Below are positions 1 through 12,344 of a stretch of 64,000 nucleotides of DNA, piece by piece. Each line of letters begins with the position of its first letter. Within the stretch, counting starts at the first letter, position 1. Both the position numbers and the translations under genes were made by a program. The notes below the pieces were generated by a model. The model was not told the DNA's origin and ran no database searches. It worked only from the letters and a program-made list of their open reading frames with translations. Origin of the DNA: Octopus sinensis. Taxonomy: Eukaryota. The stretch covers positions 49,600,001 through 49,664,000 of the forward strand of contig NC_043010.1 of the NCBI RefSeq assembly GCF_006345805.1, given 5' to 3'.

Positions 1-215
1 CAATTTTTTTATTATATATATCAGGGTATATATCTGTGTGTGTGTGTGTGCATACCTGAATATGTGTAAAAGTATGTGTATGTCTGTGTGCATGTGTGCA
101 CACACACACACACACACACAGAGTATATGGCTGTATATGTGTATATAGAAATAGGTAAGACTTTATATATAAAGTGAGAGAGAGAGAGAGAGACATACAC
201 ATGCATGTATATATA

Positions 216-343
216 TCATCATCATCGTTTAATGTCCGCTTTCCATGCTAACATGGGTTGGACGATTTGACTGAGGGCTGGCAAACCAGACTCCAATCTG
301 ATCTGGCAGAGTTTCTACAGCTGGATGCCCTTCCTAACGCCAA
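216..343 (-). mobile_element. 3' fragment of an RTE-type tail element (family B, (GAT)n tail)
   Basis: catcatcatcgtttaatgtccgctttccatgctaacatgggttggac is the reverse complement of the tail seen at 7100-7350 and 50165-50469. Confidence 0.7.
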
Positions 344-430
344 TATATATATATATTTATCAATCATTTAAAGTCCATTGTCCAGCATGGACAACAAACA
401 GACTTTAAATGAATTTTGCTTAAATGTATT

Positions 431-800
431 CTTTTACTTGTCATTTGACTGTGGCCATGCTGGAGCACCACCTTTAGTTGAGCAAATCGATCCCAGGACT
501 TATTCTTTGTAAGCCTAGTACTTATCCTATCAGTCTCTTTTGCCGAACCACTAAGTTATGGGGACGTAAACACACTAGCATCAGTTGTCAAGCGATGTTG
601 TGGGGACAATCACACACGCACACACACATATATATACATATACATACGATGGGCTTCTTCCAGTTTCCATCTACGAAATCCACTCACAAGGCTTTGGTTT
701 GCTCAAGGCTATAACAGAAGACACATGCCCAAAGTGCCATGCAGTGGGACTGAACCTGGAACCAAATGGTTGGTATGCAAGCTACTTCCTACACAGCCAT
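431..800 (-). mobile_element. tRNA-type SINE, family A
   Basis: Full-length reverse complement of the family seen at 30441-30865, with an internal (CA/TA)n tract. Confidence 0.8.
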
Positions 801-1169
801 GCACATTAATTAATGACAAAAAACATGACTTGCGTAATCATATTCAATGGCTTAAAGCCCTTTCCACCAAGCGAATATCATGAAGAGGCATCTTATTGCT
901 TCATCAGAGCCTTCTCAATGTGTGTGTGTATGTGTATATGTGTGTATATATATTATCATCATCATTTTAACACTCGTTTTTCTATGCTTATATGGGTCAG
1001 ATGAAATTTGTTGGACAGCCTTTTTTGACACAAGCAAGAATACAGAAGTGGGCATTAAAATGCCAATTATGATGATGATATATATTTGTGTATGTATGTG
1101 TGCGTGTATATGTATATACATATATATATATATATATAAGTCCAAACCATGCCAGCATGGAAAGCAGAC

Positions 1170-1500
1170 ATTAAATGATGAAGTCCAGAAAGGTACTACC
1201 TCTGTTAGTATTGAAGGACCTCTCCCTCAGAGTGAAAGGCAGATTGTACGATGCTTGTGTGCAAACAGCTCTGCAATGTGGTAGTGAGACATGGGCTATG
1301 ACTACTGAGGGTATGCGAAGACTCAAAAGAAATGAAGTCAGTATGCTCCACTGGATGGGTAATGTCCATGTACATATATATTGGAGTGTATGTGATTTAA
1401 GAGAAAAACTGAGTGTATGAGGCATCAGATGTTGTGTGCAAGAGAGAAAACTACACTGGTATGGCCATGTAATGCATCTGAATGAAGACAGTTGCTAGAA
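1170..1500 (+). mobile_element. RTE-clade LINE ORF2 C-terminal fragment (degenerate)
   Basis: KGRLYDACVQTALQCGSETWAMTTEGMRRLKRNEVSMLHWM...*GIRCCVQERKLHWYGHVM shows the RTE YGSETW and LRWYGHV motifs, with an in-frame stop. Confidence 0.85.
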
Positions 1501-1764
1501 TGTCAAGGGGTGAAAGGTTGTTTAGCTAGCTAGCTTAGGTCAGGATGCATATACATATATTTGTACATACACTCACACAAGAGATGTTGACCCACCCACC
1601 CATATGGTCAATTTTAGTAGCTTGTATAATTTATGGTTGGAAGATAATCTCACCATAAGTCTGTCATCGCAGTCACCTCAAGTCTAGGGCAGCTCGCAGT
1701 CAGACTGACCGTTATACAAAATAAAAATTAATACCATATCCATCTTCTGGTTACTTAAGAAATT

Positions 1765-1818
<54 letters not shown>

Positions 1819-3363
1819 TATACACATAAAATGGACCATTTTAACCTCTATATCTGAGTCTCTGTAGTCTGCTCATTTCTGTCTCTCTCTCTCTCACTCC
1901 CCACCTTATTCCTTATTATTGATATTCATCACTCATGTTCTCTCCTGTCGCTCTGTTTCTTCAATTACTTCTTCCATTACCCAATGATCATATAGCCATG
2001 TGTCACTCTTATTAATCTCACCTCTGTTACCCTCTTACTCTGGTTCTTGCCCATTTTGTTCTGTTACATTTTTGGTCATGTGTTTTGTATTCAATCCCCC
2101 TTACCAATATCTTAATTTAACTACTTCACAATCATTTCTTTCTATTCATTCCCTTCACCAACAACCATCATACAACTGCCTACCACATTCTCTCTTCCAT
2201 TACTCTTCTATAACATTCCTACTCTGGTTTTCTTCTATAATTTTCTCACATCTATTATTTCTTCACTCCTATCACCTTCGCCTTCTTCAATCTCACCATC
2301 TTCTTACCCATTTGTATAGAAAAAACAAAAAAGAAGCAAATGAATGAAGAACACAGTGAAGAAGTAATACTTTAATTTTTCTGGGGATGAAGGAATAAAT
2401 GAAGAGAGTATTCTTTAGTCATGCTGGAACAAAACAACTCCTCCAGTACTGGTGCCTTGATAAAATACATCAAGTACACTCTCTAAAGTGGTTGTCGAAA
2501 ATAATGGCATTTAGGTATAGAAATCTTTCAACAAATAAAATATATTGGTAAAATGTAATCTTTATGGCTATAACTCTGAATAAAAACCAATTTAAATGGT
2601 GACAACCCATTTAATGCATGCCACCAAGCAGACATAAGATGGTGATGATAGTGTGTGTGTGTGGTGTAAATAGTAATAGAATAACTTAGTTTGAAAGACA
2701 GCTTAAATGAAAAATAGTTTAAGCTTATGTGAAAATGCAGTACTACCGATGTTCTCTTCCTAATGATCCATCTATAGATGTTCTTAGCTAAGAGTTTGCA
2801 ACATTATCCAGTGTTCTTGGTCTGGGGCAGATCTTTGACCAGAAGCCATGTTCTCAATAGTCTTGTAGTCACTAAAAAAAGCTAGATGTAGATGAATAGT
2901 TTATGAGAACCAGGCATACCATGTGCAGAAATGCTATTATCAAATAATGTAGTATGTAGATATCCATCAGAGTTCAGTTCTCAGCCCTTATGATTGATTA
3001 ATTTTTTAAGCCATAACATGGAAGCTTCTGTATTTTGATGACCTTATTCTCATAACTGAATCTCTTTTTATTTTTAATTGTTAGAAGTAAATCAGTTATC
3101 AATAATTCCAAGCAATATTTTTTCTTATGTATTTAACATTTGATAATCTTTAGTCACTTTCTGGTTTATTGTACGTCTTCAATAGAGACGCTAGGATTCC
3201 TTCTTTATACTATTTCAAAGAAGAGGAATTTTGTGTTGCTTTGTTTCCTGAGAAAGGACTCTAAGAAATATGATAAAGTTTATATATTGAGTTCAGAATA
3301 AAATAATGATGCTTAATTATTTTCCTGCTAATGTTTGGATTAGTTGATCGGATGTTTTATATT

Positions 3364-3613
3364 TTACTTGTTTCAGTCATTAGACTGTAGCCATGCTAGG
3401 GTACTGCCTTGAAGAATTTTTTAGGCTAACAAATTGACCCTAGTACTTATTGTTTTTCAAACTTTGTTCTTATTCTGTTGGTCTCTTTTGCCGAACTGCT
3501 AAGTTATGAGGACATAAACACACCAATGCTGTTGTCAAGTAGTGTAGGGAGGACAAACATAAGCACACACCCGTGTGTATGTATATATGTATATATATAT
3601 GTGTATGTGTGTG

Positions 3614-3644
<31 letters not shown>

Positions 3645-4070
3645 GCAAATGCAGAGTACCAAAAGCACAAGTTCCACTGAGTTGGAAATGTCACAAGGTT
3701 CACAGACAGCAGGTGAACTGGTGCAGATGCTAAGTGGTATCCAAGAGACCAGAAAAAACCACTTGGAAGGCTGCCATGATGATGGGAAGATGATTTAGTC
3801 AAGCAGTTTGGGTCAAGATGGAAGAGAATGATGCAATCAAAACAAAATTGGAAGTGCATTGTGACAAGCAGTGTAAAATAGCACCTAATGGCCTGGTCAA
3901 TAGTGTGATATATGATGAGTTTTTTTCAGTTTCTATCTACCAAATTCATTCACAAGGCTTTGGTTGGTCTGAGGCTATAGTAGGCAACACTTGCTCAAGG
4001 TGTAATGCCATAGGACTGAACCAAAAAACATGTGGTTGGGGAGCAAATCTCTTACCATATTGCCACATTT
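3364..4070 (-). mobile_element. Family A SINE split by an inserted LINE fragment
   Basis: 3' half at ~3364-3640 and 5' half at ~3915-4070 both match family A. Confidence 0.7.
3645..3895 (+). mobile_element. RTE-1-like LINE 3' fragment nested in a SINE microsatellite
   Basis: Joining frames gives ...KRPEK/PLGRLP*RWEDDLVKQFGSRWKRM, resembling the RTE C-terminal KRPxGRPxxRWxDD motif. Confidence 0.6.
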
Positions 4071-6221
4071 GTGCCTATTCCAATATTTTGGAAAACTTCT
4101 ATTTCTACTTTTACTTTTCATTTGGTTTCTGTCATTTTAACTACTCTGTGTGTTGATTTTGTGCTCAAAAGACAAACTGGGCAATGCATGGCTGTTGCAT
4201 TCATATCTTGTCCATTGTGTGATGTTGAATGTTTTTTAACTATCTTTTGCAAATAAAAGTCATGTTAGGATTGGCTGTTTTTAAGCTGAAGCTGGTTTGT
4301 CAATATGGTGGATGGTTCATTCATCTTATTTTAGGGAATGAAGCTTATGAAGAAGGCTCGAGTTGGAAAATAATCAAATATTCTTTCATCCATGGAATGG
4401 CTAAAATGGCTGAAAACTAAGAAAATAAAATGCTGAAATGGAAATTTTCCAATACATTGAAATATCTGATCGCCTGTTCTTGGTTTAGGAAGGAAAATAA
4501 TTACCATTCATGTTTAATTCATTTTGACATCATTTTCCTTCTACCTCTTCTGAATTGATATTACACAATGCAATCCCAGAATTGGCACTGAAGATGCACA
4601 ATATGATGGAACTGAACCACCTGCAGATTTAGAGATTGTTCGATATTAAATATAGAAGAAATAATATATAGCCTTGAATTATTAATTATTTGCTTGTAAC
4701 AACCTGAATAAAAAAAAATAACTTCCTCATATGCTTCTTTCTACATAAGATGTATGAACCATTCTCTATTTTGGCAAAGAAATTTCAGTCAAACAGCCAA
4801 TTGCACCGTGGCTTCTATTTACATGAACTTGGCTTTGGCATATTCAACGTTGGACAATGGTTGAAATAAAATATGAGAGCCATGTTTTGCTCAGCTCACA
4901 CTTCAGGAACATAAACACATGGAATGGTTAAATAGCTGAAGAAACAAAAGACAATAAAGCTAAAACTAATATTTTCTGAAATACTAAAATGTCTGATTAA
5001 CTGCCTCAAGCTTTAACAGCAAAAGAATTATTATTCCTTATGTTATTCTAAATGTGTTGACCTTACTGTTTTTATACCATTTTTTTTTCTTTTTCTGATA
5101 ATGAAGCAACACAAATTCTTCTTGGGAGAATTGCTTTCCTGAGACAGTTACTGCAGTGTAGGTCTTTCCATGTTTGAACGTACAGGAACATGTTAAATGT
5201 AATTGTACAACCTATATTTCAACCATCACTATTTAGTGTGCCACTAATTAATGAATTCCAGCTTGACAAAGCTTTGCACATGACAGCAAATGTTTTATTT
5301 GCTGTTTAATGATTGACAGTTTCTTAGTAGGCAGTGAATGATAGATTTGGTGTCTTTTACTGGTGAAGTATAATAATGCAGAAGCATGTATCTCACCATC
5401 AGATGACATTGTTCATAATTCACGTCTGTGTAGTTAAGAAACTTGCTTCCCAACTATGTGGTGCTGGGCACAGGCCCACTATATGGTACCATGGGACATT
5501 AAATGATGATGAGGATGAAACAGTTACTGCAGTGGAATGTCTTTCCACATTTGAGTGTACACAAACATGTTAAATACAAATATACACAACTTTATTTTAT
5601 ATACATACAAAATAAAGTGAGGATGGGTAGAAAAAGAAAAACATCTTTGTCAAGGATCCCCCACTCCCAGTTCATTATAAAGTTTATTTCTTTATGTATT
5701 TTTTATTTATTTGAATCTTACCATACTCATTTGCCCTTGTTTTAATTTTTAATTTTGATTTTATCTTTTACGACAAATTTTTCTTAAACTTTTGATTCCT
5801 AAAATGGCCTTTCTTTTTTCACTGCGATTATTATACCTATTTCCATGTATGTAGGCTTTTGTTTTGTTCACTTTTTGTCTTTAATGTTTATATTTTTTAT
5901 GTCAGTCATTTTCATCTCACAAGTTCCTGTTATGTTGCAAAGTAATAAACCCCTCTCTAATCAGCTTTAAATGTTTATTTGATGAACTTGTAAATAATTA
6001 TGACTGCATCATTTATAAACATTTGTAAGCCATCATATTGTATGATGATCGATTACATGAAACTCTAAGTAACAGTTTATGAAGTCTTTTCAGTTTCAAT
6101 AGAACACTACTTTATCTTTCTTTGGTATTTGTGTACTATTTTGTCCAATGTGTTTTGCACCTGTGTGCTTGCACATATGTACAAATACACACACACACAC
6201 ACGTATGTGTGTGTGTATATA

Positions 6222-7070
6222 TGAGGGGGTGCCCAAAAGAAACCAGAATTTTTCAATATTATTTTATACACTTAGTTTTACATGTTTAAACTTTTGCCCT
6301 GAAAGTATTATAAATTTGAAGCAATGCATAAGACCAGATGGATTTTTCACTGTTTGAAGCAGTCCTGGAACTCTTGTGAAGCGATGCCTTTTAATGCCTC
6401 CATCAAATTTTTCTTCTCCTCTTCCACATCTGCAAAACGTTTTCCCTTAAGGATGTTTTTCATTTGGGGTAACAAAATAAAGTCACAGGGAGCAAGATCA
6501 ACTTCCAGCTGTTCTTTCAGTTCACACCATGTGCTCAGTCATGACTGCTTTTGATTTTCCATGTGCAAGTGAAGCACAAATTTTGCCGCAATTCTTTTCA
6601 TTCAGAATTCCTCATTCAAAATTCATGAGCAGAAACTCCAGGACACACCAAACAAATTTGTCAATTGTTCAGTGATGGCCCTCCAAGATCAGTTCATGAA
6701 TTTTTGTGATGTTTTCATTCATTTGGGGGATCGATGGTCACCCTGAATATGGTTGGTCTTCAAGTGACCATTCCTAAAGCATGAAAACCACTGCTCATGG
6801 CAGTGTCCTTGTAAGCAGTTTGAAGCATGATAACTGTTTTAGCTATCATTTGCTCCAGCAGAAAACAGAACTTCAGGGAAGCATGTTCCTTTGTTTCAGC
6901 CATCACAAAAATCGACAAACAGGGAAGAAGCATTGCAAAACAAAGACACACTATGTGGCAGTACAACTCCACTGGATGCCAGACTGATGCCTGAGGGTTG
7001 CATCAAGTGTCTTCTAGTGACATACATGCACACACACACATCTGCAATTGCCCTCTTTTGGTTATTTATT
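6222..7070 (-). mobile_element. Internally deleted mariner transposon relic
   Basis: Minus strand gives MAETKEHASLKFCFLLEQMIAKTVIMLQTAYKDTAMS (mariner N-terminal HTH) and MKRIAAKFVLHL (KFVP motif). TIR-like gagggggtgcccaaaagaaaccagaatt at 6222. The other end is not resolved. Confidence 0.75.
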
Positions 7071-7099
7071 ATTTTTTTTACCAGTGCTGCCTTGAGTGG

Positions 7100-7350
7100 C
7101 TTCCGTGCCGGTGGCACGTAAAAAGCACCAACCGATTGTGGCCGTTACCAGCCTCGCCTGGCACCTGTGCCAGTGGAACGTAAAAAGCACCCACTACACT
7201 CATGGAGTGGTTGGTGTTAGGAAGGGCATCCAGCTGTAGAAACACTGCCAGATCAGACTGGAGCCTGGTGCAGCCTCCTGACTTCCCAGCCCCCGGTCGA
7301 ACCGTCCAACCTATGCTAGCATGAAAAACGGATGTTAAATGATGATGATG
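7100..7350 (+). mobile_element. Family B RTE-tail element
   Basis: ggcacctgtgccagtggaacgtaaaaagcacccactacac...gaagggcatccagctgtagaaac...gttaaatgatgatgatg. Confidence 0.75.
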
Positions 7351-7933
7351 GTAGAAGGCATCTATGGAACTTCCATGCTGGTAATGACTAAAAACCAAAT
7401 GCAATTCCTCCCCACCTCCAGTTGAAGACCCCAGCAGCAGCACAAACAGGGAAGGGCAACACCAGACAGACTAGCTGAGAAGGTGCCAATGTAGACTATA
7501 ACTGACACAGCAGCAGGTCAAACAATTTTAATACCTGACTCTGTCTGGTTCTACATATATTGCTGAGCCTGGTCATGAAACCATAGCTTGTGGGTTACTC
7601 TTTATCAAGTTAAGAGTTATTGTAAACAAATTCATGCCATTAGCATTTTCTCTTGCTGATAGTTTGTTCAACAGTATTTGTATTTTATATGCAGAGATTT
7701 CTGCTGGAGTATTTTTGCTCATCCATATTGTTGATATTCATAACTAGCCTCACAAAATTTCCTCTGTTTCTATGAACATATATTGATCACTTTTAGTTTT
7801 GCCTACTGGGGAGAATATGTTTCACTGAGGAGGTCAAATATGACTGCAACATTTCTGTCACTGTCATCAGTCAGTTTAAATGTCAAATTTAACCCCCACT
7901 TCTGCAGTCATCTTTCTTAGTTTTAGGTTTTAA

Positions 7934-8153
7934 CCCTTTAGCATTCAGATTAATCTGTCTGCTGTAATGCTTATTTATCCACATGGTTTCAAATTGATCA
8001 TACTTTATCTTGTAGCTTTGTGATTTCAATGATGTAATTATTTATGTTTAGAATGACATTGTAGTGTAGGTGTGAGAGGCCAGATCTGACCAGTGTGAAC
8101 ATAAAATAGGTCAAATATGTGTGCCAGCTATGGCCTGTTTGAATGCTAAATTG
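7934..8153 (+). mobile_element. piggyBac-type MITE family 1 (TTAA target site)
   Basis: TTAA|CCCTTTAGCATTC ... GAATGCTAAATTG|TTAA, 220 bp. Related copies at ~24568-24766, 36333-36550, 44582-44802 and 45622-45838. Confidence 0.8.
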
Positions 8154-9378
8154 TTAAACACCTCAGAAGGAATTTTTGATCACTGTTTGTATGGATAATG
8201 TCAGTTAATCTAAAGTTTTCGACTTAGAATATTGTGTATAAGACACCCTACCATATTTGATTTTAATGCAGATATTCTGTCTGTTTTTTCTCTTTCTCAT
8301 TGAGCCTTTTCTCCCTTACCCTTTACTGTAGAGTGTTACTATTTGACAAGTTTAATTCTCTCTGAATATTTATAATTATCAATTAGGTTAGGAGGGAAAA
8401 TAAGTTTTCATTCACAAGATATTTGGTTTTGTTTCTTCTCATTTACTGAATGGTGGGGGGAAACCCCATTCACTTGCCTTTAGATACTTAAGAAATAATA
8501 AGTAGGGTGAACTCATGAATATCTCCATAGAATTGATATAAATGATGAAATGCTGAAAACATTAGAGTTTGTTCATTTTAGATAGATGGCTTTAATGTGC
8601 AATATTTTGCAGGAATTATTTGAACAGCAGCTTTACAACTGGATGATTTACTTGATATAAACTATTCCATTTTGAAATACCATATCTGATCTTAAATTTA
8701 TAGACAAAGCAAACAGTGCATTATGCTTTGCTTAGAGAAAGAATGCTATGTATGCTTGTGCCAGAATTCCATTTCTTGTTGCTTTGGTTTAATAGCCTCA
8801 ACACATAGTATTCAGTTGCTATACTTTGTATAACCAATCTTATAATAGAGGGTATTGCCTCTAGGCAGAAATGCAGTTTGAATAAATAGACTTCACATTT
8901 AAACTCGTCACACTTATCAGGCAGCTGATCAATAGAACATTGGAGGAGCATTTCTTGTAGCAAAATGGATAGAGAAATAGCCTTGGTATAAAAATTTCAG
9001 TGTGTGCTGATATATAGATGCATTTACATTTTGATGCATTCCATTTCCTGCTCTGTCTATAGGCAAATTATCTCATAGAGACATAGGAGTTGAACTATTG
9101 ATTAATTATGTTTTGTGATATCTATTTGTAAGAAACTTTAAATTTATCTGCCAAAAGCCTCATGACCTAAGCTGATTCATTCATTTCTAATCCAGACAGT
9201 TGCTTGTTAACACTTCTGTATTTTCTTTAATGAAAGAAAATTTCTTGTGACTATAGTATTATAGTATGATAGTGTGGCAGAAATATTCCCAAAAAAATTC
9301 TATATAGTAATTGCATCTTGCTTTAATTTTTGCCAATTAATTATCAGTGAGGTATAGGAATTAAATATTGATTACAAA

Positions 9379-9590
9379 TTTTGGCACAAGGCCAGCAATT
9401 TCAAGGGAGAGGATAAGTTGATATAATCAACCCCAGTGTTCAACTGATATTTATTTTATCAATTCTGAAAGGAGAAAGGTAAAGTTGACAAGGCAGAATT
9501 TGAACTCAGAATGTGAAGATGGCAATGACAATGAGCAAAATGCTTAGCATTTTGGTCATCAGTTTTCCCACCTCACTGCCTTATGTGAAT
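9379..9590 (-). mobile_element. tRNA-type SINE, family C
   Basis: Contains gaaaggagaaaggtaaagttgac...agaatttgaactcagaa (B-box-like gagttcaaattc on the minus strand). Related pieces at 11455-11640, 33300-34110, 50940-51045 and 58790-58975. Confidence 0.7.
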
Positions 9591-9925
9591 TAAATATTAG
9601 TACTTGTAAGAGGAGTTATATTCACAAGTTACTATTTATTAGATGAAGCTGAAGAATTTAATAAACAAAACAGTTAGTTTGCCCAACTAATACTATGTTG
9701 TTAGTTCTCTCTCTCTCGGTAATTGATTTCATTTTTTCTCAGAAGTAGAACCACTACTTTAAATCTGATATTAGTTTGTTCATTTGGGCCATTTAGTTTT
9801 TTACAACACAGGAGATATAATAATGTTCTTTTACATTTTTTTTTCTTTTCTCCTTCCCTTAGCAAAATTTTTAGTGACAAGGAATACAAGTTCATATACA
9901 TAATGAGCAAATTTGTTAAACTTAA

Positions 9926-10115
9926 CCCTTTTGAATCCAAATCTCTGCTAAAATACACAGTTTTGTTTTCAATTACTTTTGAAAATAATGAAAAATTTAG
10001 TAGAACGACTCTGTCGTTAATATGCTAGTATATGAAACACAAATTAACATGAAATTTTGATGGACAGTTTTGAGATCACCTTGAATTAGTCTCAGGTGGG
10101 TTGGTATCAAAAGGG
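9926..10115. mobile_element. piggyBac-type MITE family 2
   Basis: TTAA|CCCTTTTGAATCCAA ... TTGGTATCAAAAGGG|TTAA. Second copy at 13978-14207. Confidence 0.8.
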
Positions 10116-10536
10116 TTAATTTTGAGGTCAATATTGAGGCATTATTCAAGGGATTACTTTCTTTTTTTGCTTGCAATTTTAAGATTTTGGTCGTAACAAT
10201 TTTCTCTATTTAAATTTTACGTTTAAATTATGTTTCAGGTTAATGATCTGCTGTAAAAAAACCCCAAAAAATATATATATATTCAAAATGAAATTACTTA
10301 GATTTTTGACAGTTGAGGAAATTGCCTTTTTTTGTCTTTCTTTATAGCGTTATTCTTTTAATTCTGCTCTTTTGATTTAAATTGAATTGTCATTTTGAAT
10401 GTGATGATATCACTGAACTATTGGTGTCTGTCACTATTTCTAATTTAACAATAATTCTTTTCCATACTATTTACTCTACCTCCATCTTTTCCTTCATTTT
10501 CTGTCTTCTTTACTGAAAAGTAGATGCTAAAATGCT

Positions 10537-10540
<4 letters not shown>

Positions 10541-10577
<37 letters not shown>

Positions 10578-11080
10578 ATATATATATGTATATATATATG
10601 TATGTATGTATATGTTTATATGTATATATATATATGTATGTATGTATATGTTTATATGTATATATATATATGTATGTATGTATATGTTTATATGTATATA
10701 TATATATGTATGTATGTATATGTTTATATGTATATATATATATATATGTATGTATGTATATGTTTATATGTATATGTTTGTATATATATATATATATGTA
10801 TGTATATGTATGTATATATATATATATATGTATATGTGTGTGTATGTTTGCATATATGTGTGTGTATATGTATGTTTGTATGTATATGTTTGTATATATA
10901 TGTTTGTATATATATATGTATCTATATTTATGTATATACATACATATATATATATATATTGTATATATGTGTGTATATGTATGTATGTATGTATGTGTGT
11001 GTGTGTTTATATATATTTATAGATACATACTTATACGCACATATTTATATATTAATATATACATGCACACACACACACAC
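10541..11080. repeat. Compound (TA)/(TATG)/(CA) microsatellite with a 36-bp higher-order unit
   Basis: GTTTATA recurs at 10614, 10650, 10686, 10722 and 10762. This tract is the source of the spurious 133-209 aa Y/I/M/C/V ORFs. Confidence 0.95.
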
Positions 11081-11454
11081 ATTTTTGTTCGTGTATCTAT
11101 TACTTAATATGAGCAAAAATTCTTGTCAATCTATTCTTTTGATTTTGTTATGAAATTGGTATTTTTGTATGAGAATGTGGAGTAAAAGTATAGGACTGCC
11201 AGCAGTAATAGGAAGTTGACAGAAAGAAATATATAGATATAATTCAAACTGTTCCATGTACTTAAGATACTTTTGCATGAATAAGCAGTTATTTTTTTGG
11301 ATAGAATTCTGCAGAATTGGCATTATAAATAAATTTTTTGTGAACATGCCCAAAATAGATCAGAGTTTGTTGAAGGAAGTTTACAGAAGAAATAACCCTA
11401 ACTATACCTCTAGTTTTTATTATTATTATTATTATTGTGCTGGCAGAACCATAA

Positions 11455-11640
11455 GGAGGAATTTTTTTCATTTCTTTACATTATGAGTTCAAATTCCAAT
11501 GAGGCCAACTTTTCTTATCATCCTTTTGGGGTCAATAGAATAAGTATCAGTTCAGCACTGAAGTGCCTCCTCATCGACTAGCCTCCACCCCCCAATTTTA
11601 GGCCTTGTATCTGTATGAGAATGGAGTGTTGTTGTTATTA
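11455..11640 (+). mobile_element. Family C SINE fragment
   Basis: ttatgagttcaaattccaatgaggccaacttttcttatcatccttttggggtcaatagaataagtatcag. Confidence 0.65.
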
Positions 11641-11939
11641 GTCAGACCATATTTCCTTTAATTTCCATAAAATGGGCTTTCCATTGCTTCTTATAATTCG
11701 GTGATAATATGCTGATTAATTTTGGGGATGTTAATTCTCACATATAGCATTGTTTCATATAATCACTGTGAATTTTAGCTTCAATTCTGGTGTGTCATTT
11801 TGAAAATTAAAACTTACATCTCTTTAAGAGACATAGTTCTTGGTAGAAATTGTTGCTTTATAAATACGCTTATGAATGTTTCATATGTTTACAGAGTGAA
11901 TTAAGATTACAGGACCTTCTTTTGAAATTTTTGACTTGA

Positions 11940-12120
11940 CCTCACATTCAGTCCACTCTGTAAAGTGGTTGGCATTAGGAAGGGCATCCAACTGCAAAAA
12001 GCATGCCAAAACTGACCTCACTTATACTGGTGCTACGTAAAAAGTACTCAGTTCACTCTGCTGGCTGGTTGGTGTTAGGAAGAGCATCCAGCCATAAAAA
12101 CCATGCCAAATTAGACACAC
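11940..12120 (+). mobile_element. Family B RTE-tail element (degenerate, internally repeated)
   Basis: gtggttggcattaggaagggcatccaactg and a second ggttggtgttaggaagagcatccagcc. Confidence 0.65.
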
Positions 12121-12344
12121 ACCCAAGTTTATGAATATTTTTCTCCCTTTAATTTGTCTATTGTTCAAATCAGATTTGGATTATCTTCCTCTTTATCAAT
12201 TATTTATATATACAAAATAGATGAGGAGTTTAACAGAGAGAAAAACTCTTCTTTCTTTTAGTTTCGTTTACTGCTATGAAGTTTGAAGTTCTCTTTTCTT
12301 TTATAAATTGAAGGATTTTAAAAATTTTATCCTTTTGAGCTTAC

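Noticed and set aside
10524-11153. Longest ORFs in the track (133-209 aa)
   Set aside because: They are translations of a TA/TG microsatellite on both strands, which lacks stop codons by composition.
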